Assembly (NCBI RefSeq): GCF_030684315.1
Contig: NC_081360.1
Coordinates: forward strand, 51,159,424 to 51,223,423
Length of the DNA stretch: 64,000 bases
Direction: 5' to 3'
Origin: Stegostoma tigrinum
Taxonomy: Eukaryota
Below, piece by piece: positions 46,885-60,984 of this stretch (the first letter of the stretch is position 1; each line of letters starts with the position of its first letter). The translations under genes were made by a program, and so were the position numbers. The notes beneath the pieces were generated by a model. That model had not been told where the DNA came from and did no database searches. It saw only the letters and a list, made by a program, of their open reading frames with translations.

Positions 46885-49800
46885 GTAGGATTGCTTGGAT
46901 TGTCTGCATGCCACCCTGTACGTTTTTATTGCATCATATGTTAGAATTAATATTACTTGAATAATTTCCATGTTCATTGAGCAAGCTAGGTTGAATATTG
47001 ATGATATTTGTCCTTTTGCTCAGAGCCATAAAATACAAGAATCTTTACAATAGGTGTCTGATGAAAAAGTACGTGAAATTAATATATTCCTACTGTATAA
47101 TAGGGTATCTCTTAAAGATCTGTAAAGTGAGAGTCATCTGACCTGTGGATAGGACAAAACAACATCCATAAGGTGGTTGTATATGAAAAAACTGAGAATA
47201 CGGGTGTTTTGTACAGGTCCTGAAACAAACTTGTCAACTTTGATAATAAAATTGGCAAATAAAATAAAAAATAGCATGATAAAAATAAATTTTGCTCTAA
47301 AAGTTACTGCCAGCAGAGCAGGATTTAATTTGTTCAGGTAGCAGTTGTGCTATTTAAAATCAATTTTTTTTGGACAGCCTGGATCAAAAGATTTTTAAAC
47401 ACATTTGACTTATTTTGAAAAGGATAGAAATGTTTGATGTTTTAAAATAAAACAGTGTATTTGGCAAAATTGCTACTCTTTCTAAAAACTGTTCCTTTGA
47501 AGAAATTATAGCCAATGGCAAATTAACATCAAACTTGAAATAACACAAATATTTGATGTTAAAACTAACTCAGAATACATAAATGAACTGAAAAATAGTT
47601 GCTGCTGTTCAAATGATAATTAAAGGAAAATACTGAGTTTAAAAACTTTATAAGGAGCAATTGATTGCCTGTAAATAAACAGAATTATCTTCCATGTAAG
47701 ATAAATCAAGTGAAATAGTTTACACTGCTACTCAAATTGGGCAGCCTAAAATGGCAGAAGTTAGATAGCAGCCAAAATGTATTTTAATTCCAGTTGCATC
47801 TTTAAAAGAAGATCGTGTAAACCAACATGAAAAGCAAATCAGGTATGAACCTTGACTAAAAGTGAACATAACCTTGAAAAACAGTGGCTGCAGATTGGAG
47901 AGCAGGAATCTTAAAACAAAAAAGGAGCAGTAAATGCAATAAATTAAGCCATACTTGGTTAAGTTAAAAGAGAAAATTTCAATGTCATAGGCTGAAGAAT
48001 ATTGGTTTGAATTTTATCCTCTGCTTTGGGACGTAATGTTGGGGCAAGTATCAGGTACGAACCTTGCAATTACTGCCAGTGAAGCTGGCTTGATAATTTT
48101 ACCTTAGGCAACCTCTTAAATGGCTACCCATAGTTGGAAGGTAGGCTTGTGGTGCTGCTGGCCCAATCAGATGATGGCTCACTTAAGTGACTTTTACTGG
48201 CCTCATTGCTAGATAACCTTTAATCCAAAACTCCAACCTCAGTTTTTGAACTTCAACATGCAGATGACACTTCTGTCTGCTCACATGTGGAAAGTGAGCT
48301 AAAGGTCAAGGTGGACTCCACTTTCAAAGCACATGAGACCGCGGGCACCTGTTTAAAGACCTGGAAAACCAATGTCCACCTCCAACTTACCTCCATCAGT
48401 ACAACACCTCAAACCACCAAACCTCCCCACTATCCAAGCCACCGGGCCACTTCTTGAAAAATGTGGACCTTTTTCAATTTGTTTGGGGCCCCTGTTTATA
48501 CAAAGGCAGACATAATTTCATGCTTTTTGCTGACTGAGCAAAAAGGTATTTGAGAATCAGGATCTTAAACCCATGACTCAAGATGCACTTTTCTGAGCAG
48601 TAGGTGTCTTGCACTCCTACGAGCTTCAAAAGGCCAGGCTATCTTACAAAAAAAAACACCAGAGGAGAGGAGTGGCATCATCAAGAAATTCACAAAATCT
48701 TTTAATTCTGGTGGCAAGAAAGTTTGTCCAATGGCAGAGTCCTTTTCCATGTGAACTTGCCCAGCATTGAATCACAAAGCATTCACAACCATCTACACTG
48801 GACAGGTTATTGTAGTTCATAGGACTTCCACCAGAGTCCTGAAGCAACTGTTCTACTCTGAAATTGATCTTGGAGACTGTCAGGAGGGCATTGAGAAAAT
48901 TACTAAAATATCTCCAAAAGCATCCCTGACGTGGTCAGACATCACTGTTAGAATACGGGAGACTCTGATTTGTAACTTGCCCAAATGAGGAGGCTGGTTT
49001 GGGATGGCACCAAACACATCAAGAGATTTAGTCCTAAATGCACAGAGGCAAAGTGGAGGCATAAGAGGGAATATACAAACAACTTATTTACTCAACTGTT
49101 CAAGCACCACTTGTCTAGCATATGGCAGAGTCTACAAATCATGCATTGGAACAATCAGCCATTTTAGAGCTCATCGAGTTATACTGGTAGCAAGCTATTG
49201 TCAAGGGACTAGAGCTAGCTACTAATGTGGGTTGAATAATTCAAGTTAATGGTTACATGACGAAGTCGATTTAATGTTCCTGGTAGCATAGTTGATGGGT
49301 AGGTAGGTATTCATGATAAGAAAGAGAATGGAAATTATGAGGTTAAAGCTTTGCCTGAAATATTTTCATTACTCGATTTCTTTTCAAATGCCCAAATGGT
49401 TTCTTTTGACAAATGAAATGGTTATTGTTGAAAATGTGTTCTTTGTTGTATTATGATTAAAGTGAACAGACTTTGTGCAAAATTAATCATCCACAATCAC
49501 TGCAGAACTATATAACTTTTACAAACAGCAGGCAAAGGAAATCATTCCCAATGGAATTTTCAAATCATGAAATGCAGGATTGACTATCTCTCAAGAGTTT
49601 TCAAACTAACAGTAATTGCAGTACATTGCTCATTTTGTTGTCAGACGTTGGTAGTCAATTATAGAAATTATACACCTAGCAAGTAATATACTTTTTCCCC
49701 TATTGTACAAAAACTTCTAGTCACAATTGCAGTTTTATAAACAATAAATATATGATGAATTTATTTATTTGAGCTAATTTAAATCAGTATTCACGGTGAT

Positions 49801-50109
49801 TTCTACTCTATCCAAGAACTTCTGGCTGACAACCATCCCTTTCTTATATTTAATCACCTCCTGTATGTTATTACGGATTCAGAAAAAGTGCTTTGCCTCA
49901 GTCTTTCAGCAGTCCTCTAAGTTGTGGAAAAAATAATGACAATTCTTGTGTCCTTGACAGTTTGTGTTCAACTTACAGCTATGTTATTGGCTTTTTCGTA
50001 ATGCGTTAGTCTCAAGAAGAGCAGTTAATTCAAAATTTGTTTAATGTTTTCACTTTTTTTTGAATAAGTAAAACATGATTACTAATGAAAACAATTGTAC
50101 ATATTTGCA

Positions 50110-50260
50110 CAAAAAATTGAAATTGCTGAAAAAGCTCAGCAGGTCTGGCAGCATCTGTGGAGAGATGCTCCACAGATGCTGCCAGCCCTGTTGAGCTTTT
50201 CCAGCAATTTCTGTTTTGTTTCTGATTTACAGCATTCACAGTTCTTTCGGTTTTTATTAG
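50110..50260. mobile_element. Palindromic insertion of an older PLE terminus family
   Basis: ctggcagcatctgtggag mirrored by ctccacagatgctgccag; flanking atatttgca at 50101-50109 and 50263-50271. Confidence 0.75.
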
Positions 50261-51869
50261 ATATATTTGCATAGTTACTCAGTACTCTGAGTCATAAATA
50301 ACATCTGCCTCCTGTGTTTTTTCTGGTACAATAGAAATACAGCATTTTCAAATAATCTGTATGTTAATGAATTTTCTTAATATCGGAGTAAGTAAGTAAG
50401 TAAGTAGACACAATAAATCTGACAATTATTTATTGCATAGCGGAGCACAGGAAAGCAAAATCTTTAGCCATACTTCATTCATTGAAACAGTTACAATGTC
50501 TACACTAGTCAGTATCCTAGCTAAATCTCTACTGAACACAATCTATAGCCTAGGTCTCTCTGATTTAAGTTGTTAGATGTTATTCTAATAAAAACGTGGA
50601 TGTACGTGGAAATATCATCAAACATTGTATAATACATTATAGCCTATTTTTGTGCTTTAACTGTTAGACCACATAATTGTGCATAATAGCCTTCTGTTTG
50701 CCTTTTAGCCACCTGTGGTACACTCTTCCTACTTAGAACATAATCAATATGCTTGCAGAGCTGCACCCTTAGAGATCTCATTTTTATCATACTGAGGACC
50801 CTTCAGTACACATGTACGAATTAAAGGGAAACAGTCGTGGTGAGCAAGCATTCAGGCATTCATGAAATATTTCTATCTGGATGAATTAGTAATCTACGTA
50901 TTTCTGTTTTTAAAAATAGCTGTCCATTATTTTTGGAATTAAAGGAAAGTTGATTAACCTTTATACTACTTTCTGACATCCCTACTTCACAGCTTTTTGA
51001 TTTAATCACACATTGTGCTCACAGTTAATTACGTTGCCCATTCAACTAGCTTACTTTGAGGTGTGCTTTAGAACAATTGTGTTAACATTTCCCATATTTT
51101 TCGTTCTTAATCCATCATCACTGACATTTGTATTACTTGAAACTTTGTAACTGAAACCTACTCCTGTGCTCAACTATTCCTAGCTGCATCATCGATTACC
51201 ATCTTCCTTTTTAAAGTCAGAAGTAGGATTATTCACAGTGTTCAGATCTTTTTGCAATTTCTCTGATGATAACACATCCTGTGAGTGTCGTTAGTAAGTT
51301 TGGATTAACTTCAGGTTTGGGCAAGTGAGTGACCAATATTTACACTATATATGTGTCAGGTAACCATCAAGCAGCAGTTACTGAACTCTTCATGTGAACG
51401 CTGTAAGGTTAGTATTGGTCAGGAACAGCTGTATATAAATGTAGTTGCTGGAGAAGGTCAAAGACTGGGTATTCTGCTGTGAGTGATTCACATTCTGATT
51501 CCTGAAAGTTTAAAATCTTCAAGGCTCAAGTCTTAAGGGATAGATTGGCTCGAATCAACAAATCGCCCCTTGATTTGTCTGCCTCACCATTTCTGAATGC
51601 CTCAATTTATAATCCTTTCAGGTCACATTTGAAATCTTGATTCTCTATTACCTGAGCAAAAATATCTTTTCTGCTTTCTTCCCACAGCTACCACACTGAG
51701 CAACCATTATCTCAAGTGATTTTATTGTCCTTCTTATCATGCAATTTGTCCTCTGAGATTATTGCACTCCTGTTCTCCCTTAATCTCTTTCCTTAAGTAA
51801 AACGTTCCAACCTTTTTCACCCGCCCCTGGATCTTATTATTTTATATGGCCTCATTACTCTCAACGTGT

Positions 51870-52745
51870 CAATCACAGGTTAGGCCATCACTTCCTTGTA
51901 TCATTGTATATCCACATCATCCTTCCCTTTCCAAGCCTAGTTCCTTCTGCATCTGTGGCCTACTCCACATTGAAGAAACCAAACACAGACAAGATGCCCA
52001 GAGATAGTAAGAACTGCCGATGTTGGAGTCTGAGATAACACAGTGTGGAGCTGGAGGAACATAGCAAGCCACGCAGAAGAGTCCCGACCAAAAACGTCAG
52101 CTTTTCTGCTGCTCTGAACCTGCCTGGCCTGCTGTGTTCCTTCAGCTCCACACGGTGTTGTCACAGACTAGGTGCCCACTTTGCAGAACACCTCTGGTCC
52201 GTGCATAAGCATGACCCTGGCCATTCCGTAGCTGTTCGTTTTAACACAGCATCCTGCTCGCATGCTCGCTTGTCTGTCCTTGGCATGCTGCAATTCTCCA
52301 GCTCATGCTGGATCATTGCAGTGCTCCAGTGCAAACTGGACGAATAACATCTCATCTTCAGACTGGGCACTTTACAACCTTATGGACTTAATATTGAGTT
52401 CAGCATCTTCCGATTGTGAAACCACTCCCATTCCATCCCCTTCTTTTGGCTTTACTTGTTGCATTTTTTTCACCATGTCCTTTCTCCCCTCCACCTACTC
52501 CAGTAGGCCTATGTCTTCTTTCCTGTTTGGCTATTAGACAAACCTTTGTTCTCACATTCCAATTGCTTAATCTGAACATCAGCAGCCTCTCCCTCTCCAG
52601 CACTCTACGTCTGCCCCTCTACTATAGCATAAATACTGCCCACTTCATGCTTCACGTCAGCTCAGATAGACTCAAAACATTAGCTTGCTCTGTCTCCATG
52701 GATGCTGCCTGACTGGCCATGATTTTCAGCACTTCTTTGTTTTCA
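51870..52745 (+). mobile_element. PLE 3' fragment (GIY-YIG) with a nested palindromic terminus at about 52000-52160
   Basis: RLGAHFAEHLWSVHK; nested insert flanked by cacagacaagatgccca / cacagactaggtgccca. Confidence 0.75.
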
Positions 52746-53379
52746 TTCTTCTGCTCCTGCCTCTGTGACAGAAAGATTTCTAAAAATTTACTTCCAACCG
52801 TATTTTCCATCTTCAGCAATCACCCTTGATTCACTATATCAATTCTGCAAATATTGATCTGCTCAGTCATACCCTTACATCTGCCATTGATGCCCTAATG
52901 ACCCTTAAAACTGCAAATGAAGTGCCCTGGTCATTTCTGCTGTTGCAGTGATCTTTTTTGAAGGAAATTAGGAATCGGCAATAAATGTTGGTCAGACCAG
53001 TAGCACCACATCTGATATCTGCTGCCTTAAGTGCAAGAGATGCAGACTGGAATGTATATGACAGGTAATTGGTTTAGCTATTGTTATTATACATGGTTAG
53101 ATCCCAGAAAGGAATATTAGGTTCACCTCTCCTCTGCCAAAATCTAAAAGAATCAATGTAGAATGCAAAGATCCCTGGTTTCTTTTCTCCATTCTGCACC
53201 CCCCTACCTTCACTGTCTAGTCCATTGGACCAACTTTCCTCCAAAGCTCATCTGTCCAGTATTGACCTTGCATCTTTCTTCTGTTTCTTTTCAAATACAT
53301 CTCATGTCTTTCATGAATTCTGTTGTTTATGAAGTCCACTTCATGATGCTCAACCCTACTTTCAGTAATTTGCTGACAA

Positions 53380-54100
53380 CTCAACTTTCCTTTTTGGTCT
53401 CTATATTAGCACATGCTAATAATGGTTCATTTTGAATACTTTCCCCCATGATGTTCATATCCGGGGTCACAACTTCTCTCCTCAAGGAAGAATCTTTGGT
53501 CTTTTACAAACTACTGCTCTATTTCCAACTTCCTTTTCCTCTTCAAAGATATTGCTTGTGCTGCCAAATCTACATCCACCTTCCCCAGAATTCCATGAGT
53601 AATTCCCTCACATCAGGTTTCCATCCCTGTCACAGTATTAAAATAATTCTGACCAAAGTCACAAATGACCACTTCTGTAACTGTACCCATTGTAAACGAT
53701 TCCTCCATGTCCTTCTCACACTGTCATTGGCCTTTGAGAGTCAATCATTCTATCATCTCCCAACACCTCATCGCCATCATTCAGTTGGATGGGATTGTAT
53801 TTGGCAGGTTTAATTCTTATTTATCAGTCTTAGTTAAATAATTACCTGTAGTAGCCTCTCTTCCCGTACCTACTCTGTGACTTTCTGGTGTCATCCAGGT
53901 ATTGATCCCTGGCCCCTTCTATTTCTGTTCTGCATGCTGCTCCTCAATAACACCAGATCTCAAGTGACTGGTGACAGAACCCAACTCCACCTGTCCCACT
54001 CTTCACTTGACTTCTCCATTGCCTACATATTGTCAAATTATCTTAGTTTAATGAAAATGTCCATTTCCAATTTTAATACCTTTACTCTTGGTCTATATTA
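53380..54100 (+). mobile_element. Old L2-type LINE RT fragment
   Basis: SGFHPCHSIKIILTKVTND resembles the L2 QSGFRxxHSTETALxKVxND motif. Confidence 0.65.
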
Positions 54101-55621
54101 TATTCCATAACTATTCTAAATTTAACCCGATAATCATCATTACCATAAAGATGTTCTTCCACTGATACCGCTCCCACCTATCCAGATTCATTCCCTAAAT
54201 CTTAGTCCAGACATGCCTTTTCTACTGTTATTTTATTTTCATGCTGATTGAAAAAAAATTTCATAAATACATTTTAAGAATTTTGTGCTCTCTGTACTTG
54301 TTACATTGAATTCATTCCCATTATGATAAGGTGATCCTACTCCCTCTGCCGTTCTAGCTTTCTCTGACTGTTTGAGGTCCTGACAGCAGTATGGTTGCCC
54401 TCAATTCCAACTATGTGGCTTCATTTGATGTTCATTCGACACAACATGTCTGTTCACAGCTGAGATTGTTTCCTTAAATACCACCACCCCTCCATTTTTA
54501 TTCCCCTGAACAGCCTGCCTGAAAACAATGTAACCAGAAATAACTGTAGCAAACCATCTAATGACCCCTGTGTGGAACATAGACAAACACAAATATTCTC
54601 GTAATTTTAGGTTAGCTGTCTTGAGCCACTGTATATTGATAAAATAATTTCTGAACATTTTGACTCCAAGTTCTTTCACTGTCAGCACGTACACAGATTA
54701 AAATGCTCATTTTGTAATAGACCTGGCTCTACTGTCAATACAGACAAGATGTACTCTGATGATACAGATGACGATCTAATGAGGGGCATGATTTTTATTT
54801 GTTTTGTCACTTTAGTGATTTCTGACAAATTATATTTTCAGTTTACAATTTATATATTATGCACATTGTCACGAGAGGTTGTTTATGACTTAGGACTTAA
54901 ACATGCACCTTCATCTTACTGTCTGATAAACTGACTTAGGAATGTGGTGATTCCTTGTCAAACCCCAATAGGAACAAAGCTTGGTGAAGTGACCTAGAGG
55001 GCATTTGCATTTCTCTCTGAGCTTTCAGATCATAAGAAGTACAATAATATTTTAGTCCCTCATGTTGCAGTAACTTTGGTCCTTTCTCTGTCAAGTATAC
55101 ATGGTCCCTGCCACAAAAAATACTTTCAGACCTATTTATCTTTGACAGCTAATTTTCCGAACTTTTTGACTTCAGCCACTCTCAGCCCTGCACTCTTCCA
55201 TCTCAAAATATTCTACAGTGGCTTTGTGACATCCTCAACCCTGGTAGAAAAAAAGCAACATACAATGATAAAGTTATGCCTGTGTCTGCAGAAATGCCTA
55301 TCTGTTCCTATAACTATTGAATAAAAGCTGACCTTGACAGTAACATCCACATCCTGAGAATTACTTCACAAAACTCTATATCCACTTTTCTTCTGACTAG
55401 GTTACTTAAACCATTTCTTTGATTCAGTGACAGGTGTGACTTTGGTATCAACTGGATATTTTGTCAATGATTTTGCAAGACAATAATGCATGTTAACCTC
55501 ATTATTCAGAGGCAATACTTGCATTGTCCAGAAAATTAAACTTAATTGGTATACGTTTTATTGTTTGCTGGAGTAGCTTGGTAAGCATGCAAATATTTTG
55601 AAATATATGAGCAGTCATATC

Positions 55622-55842
55622 AAAAACTGAAATTGCTGTGAAAATTCAGCAGGCCTGGCAGCATCTGTGGAGAGAAAGCAATGTTAATGTTTTGGGTCCA
55701 GTGACCCTTCTCTCAGTAACCCAAAATGTTAACTCTGCTTTCTGTCCACAAATGCTGCCAGGCCTGCTGAACTTTCACAGCAGTTTCAGTTTTTGCTTCT
55801 GAATTTCAGTATCTGCAGGGCTTTGGACTTTTTTTTGTTTTT
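55622..55842. mobile_element. Palindromic insertion of an older PLE terminus family
   Basis: inverted arms; 11-bp TSD gcagtcatatc at 55611-55621 and 55843-55853. Confidence 0.82.
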
Positions 55843-55874
55843 GCAGTCATATCCATAGTTTATCCATTATTAAA

Positions 55875-56395
55875 TTCATGAGACAGTCAACCATACAGTA
55901 TGGTTAGGATGGTTTTGTAGAAGGAAAATCACAATTGACAAATTTATTAGAGTTATTTGAAGATGTAAAAAGCAAGTTGGATAAGGAGGATCCAATGAAG
56001 GTAGTATGTTTGGATTTCCAAACGGCATTCATAATGGGAGATTGCAAAAATGGCCCGGACAGAGTGGATGTTGGGAAGATGTTTTCATTTGTAGGATAGA
56101 CTAGGATGTGAGGGCACAGCCTTAGCATAAAGGGAAGACCTATTAAAATGAGATAAGGAGAAACTTTTTCAGCCAGAGAGTAGGGAATCTCTGGAATTCA
56201 CTGCCACAGAAGGCTGTGGAGGCCAGGTCACTGAATACATTTAAGACTGAGATAGACAGGTTCTTAATTATCAAAGGGATCAAGTGGGAGAATGGGGGTG
56301 AGGAGCTTATCAGCCATGATTGAATGGCAGAGAAAACTCGATGGGCCGATTGGCCTAATTTCTGCTCCTACGTCTTTTGGTCTTGTGGTCTAAAA
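55875..56395 (+). mobile_element. Internally deleted CR1 fragment
   Basis: GFVEGKSQLTNLLELFE and LDFQTAF joined directly to the 3' end. Confidence 0.75.
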
Positions 56396-56426
56396 TGGCG
56401 ATACCACTGGACTATTAATCCACAGA

Positions 56427-57349
56427 ATAAAAATCAAAAGAAGTGTAGATGCTGTATATCGGGGACAAAAACAGAAGTTGTTGGAAAAGTTCAGCAGATC
56501 TGGCAGCGTCTGTGAAAGAAAATCAGAGCTAACATTTCGGATCTGGTGACCTTTCCCTCAGAACTGTTGGTAGCTCGGAAAATGTGGGTTTATATGCAAA
56601 AGATAGGGTGGGCAGAATGGATGAGGAGTAAATGATAAAAAGAGATATAGCCCAAATAGAGAGAAGAACTGTTGGACAGACAAAGGAGTAGATGATGATC
56701 TAGATGGGTGAATAGCTGGTAATGGAGACCGTTATTGGCTAACAAGAGGTAGTGTGTGATGGCAAGCTATGTGTGATAACAATGCCTGGTGTGTGCAGTA
56801 GGGACCTAGGACATAGGAGAGTTCAGGCCCTAAAATTATTGAGCTCAATAATGAGTTCAGAGGGCTGCAGAGTTCCCAAGTGGAAAATGAGGTGTTCCAG
56901 TAAAGCTCAGGGCAAACTGAAAGAACAACACCTCATTTTCTGCTTGGGAACCCTGCAACCCTCTGGACTCAGTATTGAGTTCAATAATTTTAAGGCCTGA
57001 ACTCTCCCATGTCCTAGCCTCCTATCCCACACACCAGGTCATGTTTTCATATAGCTTGCCATTACACACTACCAATTGTTAGCCACTAGCAGTCTCCATT
57101 AACCGCTATTCACCGACCTAGCCAGATCATTACCTACTCCTTTGTCCAATTCTTCTCTCTCTCTCTTTAGGCTTTATCTCCTCCTATCATTTACTCCTTA
57201 CCCCCTCTTCCCATCCTATCTTCTGCATATAAACCAACATTTTCTGAGCTATCAACAGTTCTAAGGAAGGGCCAAAACATTAACTGACTGTTCTTTTGCA
57301 GATGTTGTCAGATCTGCTGAGTTCTTCCTGCAACTTCTGTTTTTGTTAG
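56427..57349. mobile_element. Inverted-repeat PLE insertion of about 0.9 kb
   Basis: arms meet near 56897; 11-bp TSD taatccacaga at 56416-56426 and 57350-57360. Confidence 0.82.
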
Positions 57350-58829
57350 TAATCCACAGATGCAAGTAAAAGCTGTGGCACAGTGTTAAAGGAAGGTCAG
57401 TCCTTTCAAGGAAGTTATGGAGAGGTGTCAGAACGATAGAATAGTGACCATGAAGGACTTTAGTGATCTGAATATGGACTGGGATCATAAATCAGAAGCC
57501 TTCAGCACATAACTATCCATTAAAGGATACTGTTATTAACTCTGAACCCTCTCTCAGTCTTGCAACATTGTTTTCAATCAAAATCACCATCCAGGTTGGC
57601 TTGTTTTTTTGATTTGAACCAGATAAAGTGACCAATATGTTTGTTTCAAGATATTCTGAAGGCCTGTCAGAATAAAAAGCATGAAATAATATATTGCATT
57701 GCTCATAATCAGCTAAACAATGCTTAAAAGGTACTTAGCATATTGGCCCTTACATTGAATTACTTCTAGACTGCAATTATCAGCTGCTTGATAGTTTTGC
57801 ATTATATAATTCATGACCTTTACTTGATACAATTCAAAACTCAAAGCATATTAATTAATTTCTGTTTGTTAGGCTGAAAATTGTACTCTTGCTTTTAACA
57901 GAAGCAGCTAACAGAAACTCTTAGCCTGAGTGTGCAGCAGCCATCAATATAGAATTAAAAAGACAGAAATGCTTCATAGCACAGTGCCGAGTACAGTCAA
58001 TAAGTATGTGTATGACTGTATAGGATAGCATTTTGATCCACATTTCCAGTTAATATGAAGTTAATTAGTTATTTTGAATAAAGTGAATCAAATGACAGAT
58101 TCCCACCAAATTGTATCTGAATATTAACTGAAACAAGTTCACCAAGGGTCACAAAAATCTGCAGCACAGGAGGCCTTTTGTCAGATTGTGTTCGCACTAA
58201 TCGAAAATGAGTTATCTAGCCTCATGTCATTTCCCAGCTTTTGGTCTATAGTTGTATAAGTTGCAGTGCTCTGTGCATATCAATGTGCCTTGTAAAATAC
58301 GATGTAGACTTCTGCCTCTACCACCCTTCAGAGTTCCATACTCCAGCCCTCTGGTTTACTCCTCACCTTAAGTTTGTACTCAATCTTTGTACGATTTGAA
58401 TGTATGGCCATGGCTATTGATGTGTTTGCTGATGATAAAAGATACGACCCACCCACTACCTAGATCCCTTTTTTTTTAATGACAAGTTTGCACATAAGCT
58501 AATTTTTTTTTGTATACGGGACTAGGATGCTCTATAATTCCATACTTGGAATATTGAGCCTATTTTCTTAATTTATAGTTTTATCAGCTTTTTAATTAAT
58601 GTAAGAAAATAGAGGAAAGTGTATAGGCATTAGTATGTTGGGGTGAGTTCAAATAACGACCTTTGAATTTATGGTTCCAACTTGTGGTTTGCAAAGCTCA
58701 ATTTGCTACAGATAAATATTATTCCATATTCTTTAATCACAAATAATTAAGATAAATAATCTCATTATATTTTTAAATTTTTCAAAGCACTTTTGTTCAC
58801 AATATTCCTTGGCCTCAGGACATCTTTGC

Positions 58830-59700
58830 AGGAGTTCCTCCAGATGGTGCCATTGGCCTAATGATCTTTAGCAGCTTCATCAGTGATCTTCCCTTCATCG
58901 TAAGATCAAAAGTTGGATGTTTAGTGACGATTATGACTCCTCAGATACTGAAGTAACATTCGTGCCACACAAATACTGGAAAATGACCATCTCCATTAAG
59001 AGATAATATGACTATCGCCCTTGACATTCAATGTCATTACCATCACAAAATCCCACACTATCAACATCCTTAGGATTATCATTGACCAGCAACTCAACTG
59101 GACTCACCATATAAATACAGTGGCTACAAGAACAGGTCAGAGGCGATGAATAACACACAGTGAGTAACTCATCTCCTGACTCTCCATGCCTGTCCATCAT
59201 TTACAAGCACAAGTCAAGAGTGTGATGGAATACTCCCCACTTGCCTGGATGGAGGCAGCTCCAACAACACTCAAGAAGCTTGACACTATCCTGGACAAAG
59301 CCTCCTGCTTGATTGGCACCACATCCACAAACATCCACTCCTTCCATCACTGACATTGAGTGCACATTGCTGCTACTATCGCCAGGATGCACTGTAGAAA
59401 TTTGCCAAAGATCCTTAGATAGCACCTTCCAAATCTACAGCCACTTCCATCCAGAAAGACAAGGAAGAAAATACGTGGGAACACCATCAACTGCAAGTTT
59501 CCTCCAAGCAACTCACCATCCTGCCTCGGAAGTAAATAACCATTCCTCGATTGTCTCAGGCCAAAATCCTGGAATTTCTCCATGGACTGCAATGGTTGAA
59601 GAAGGCAGCTCGCTGCCACCATTTTTCCAAGGGCAATTAGGGATGAACAATAAATACTGGCCAGTTAGCAATGCGCACATCACACAAGTGACTTTTTAAA
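58830..59700 (+). mobile_element. CR1/L2-group LINE (family B) 3' fragment
   Basis: IYKHKSRV/VMEYSPLAWMEAAPTTLKKLDTILDKA; tail gggcaattagggatg. Confidence 0.78.
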
Positions 59701-60984
59701 AATGTCCTTGATTCTTTCATCTCTGCATTCTGCATTGAATAATTTTCACCACCTTTTACAAAGGCATCTCCCCCATATGGATATTTTCATGGCTTTTCAA
59801 GAATATTCTCTGCTGGTCAGGTTTTCAGTTCCTCACTTGTTTTCCTTATTTCATCAAACCCTTAATCAGCATATAGTGCCCTGTACAGTTACCAGACATA
59901 GTTTTGTGCCATTATCAATAATTTAGCATCAATTTTCATCAACTTTCTGTCTTTCAAATGCATCAATTTTCTTGAGATATAGGTATTGCTATTTCACATC
60001 TTACGTGTGTTGGTTTGAAGTTGTCAGAATAGGCAGAACATATTGTTAATGTAATTATTGAAGAAGACTGCTTGGCCTTGCAAATTACCAAGATATTACA
60101 AGATGTAAGGATATAATTGCATTTGTTTTGGCACTTTTATTATGGGCTAATGGTATTCTTTGTAAAATGAAATAAATGAGAATCTGCTGCTAAATGCATT
60201 CATTATGGAGCTTCAGTGTAAAGGAAAGCTCAAAAGGAGAGCAGTTGAGTGCTGAAAAGGGAAAAATATAGCTGAGATAGTCAAAAAAAGTTAATTTTTG
60301 TTCTAATACCAAGAAAGGCGAATTCTGGTATTATTGGAGAATGATGTTTTAGTCATCCCAAAAGTCAATAATTTCCTCCTTTTTCTAAGATAGGAGGGAA
60401 GAAATAAACAAAATTAGTGATGATGATATAGAGACTTGTATGTCAGATGCCAAGAAAGTAATTTTATATAAAATTTATTGCTTTAGTTGATGTTAGTGTC
60501 GTTCAAAAAACAGAAAATTATCTTATAGAACTGAATTAAAAAAGGTTTCGATGAATGCATACTGTAAATGTCAAAATAATGAGGAAAAGTGGATATGAGA
60601 CTTGTAAACATATAGCTGTATAGCTTATTCAGCCATTGATTTGATAAAGGGCAGAAGATTTATTGTGACTTGTATCTTAAAACTAATTGCCATTCACCCT
60701 CGTTGATATATCAGCTTCAGTTTTCAAGTAGTGTGTCAAATAGCTGAGTGCTGTTGGAATCAATGAGAGCATAATCCAAACTGTGGGCATTCAATGAATT
60801 TAGAAGCATTTGGGTGGTCAAATCATTCAACTCCCACTCAGGCAGCAATTTCTACAGATCAGGAACATAGTTTACAGCCAGTAGTTAAGATATAGGATCA
60901 GCAGTTTGTTACTATTACTCCACTCAAGTGTTCCAGCAAGGCACATTATACATGATAATGTACACAAAAACATGCAAATCATTT

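Noticed and set aside
48560-49230. Cluster of short ORFs on both strands
   Set aside because: No splice-bounded myosin similarity or recognisable domain; probably an old repeat I cannot classify.
53061-53100. acag|gtaattgg as the next MYO3B exon
   Set aside because: It translates to GNWFSYCYY, unlike the expected myosin sequence, and has no polypyrimidine tract.
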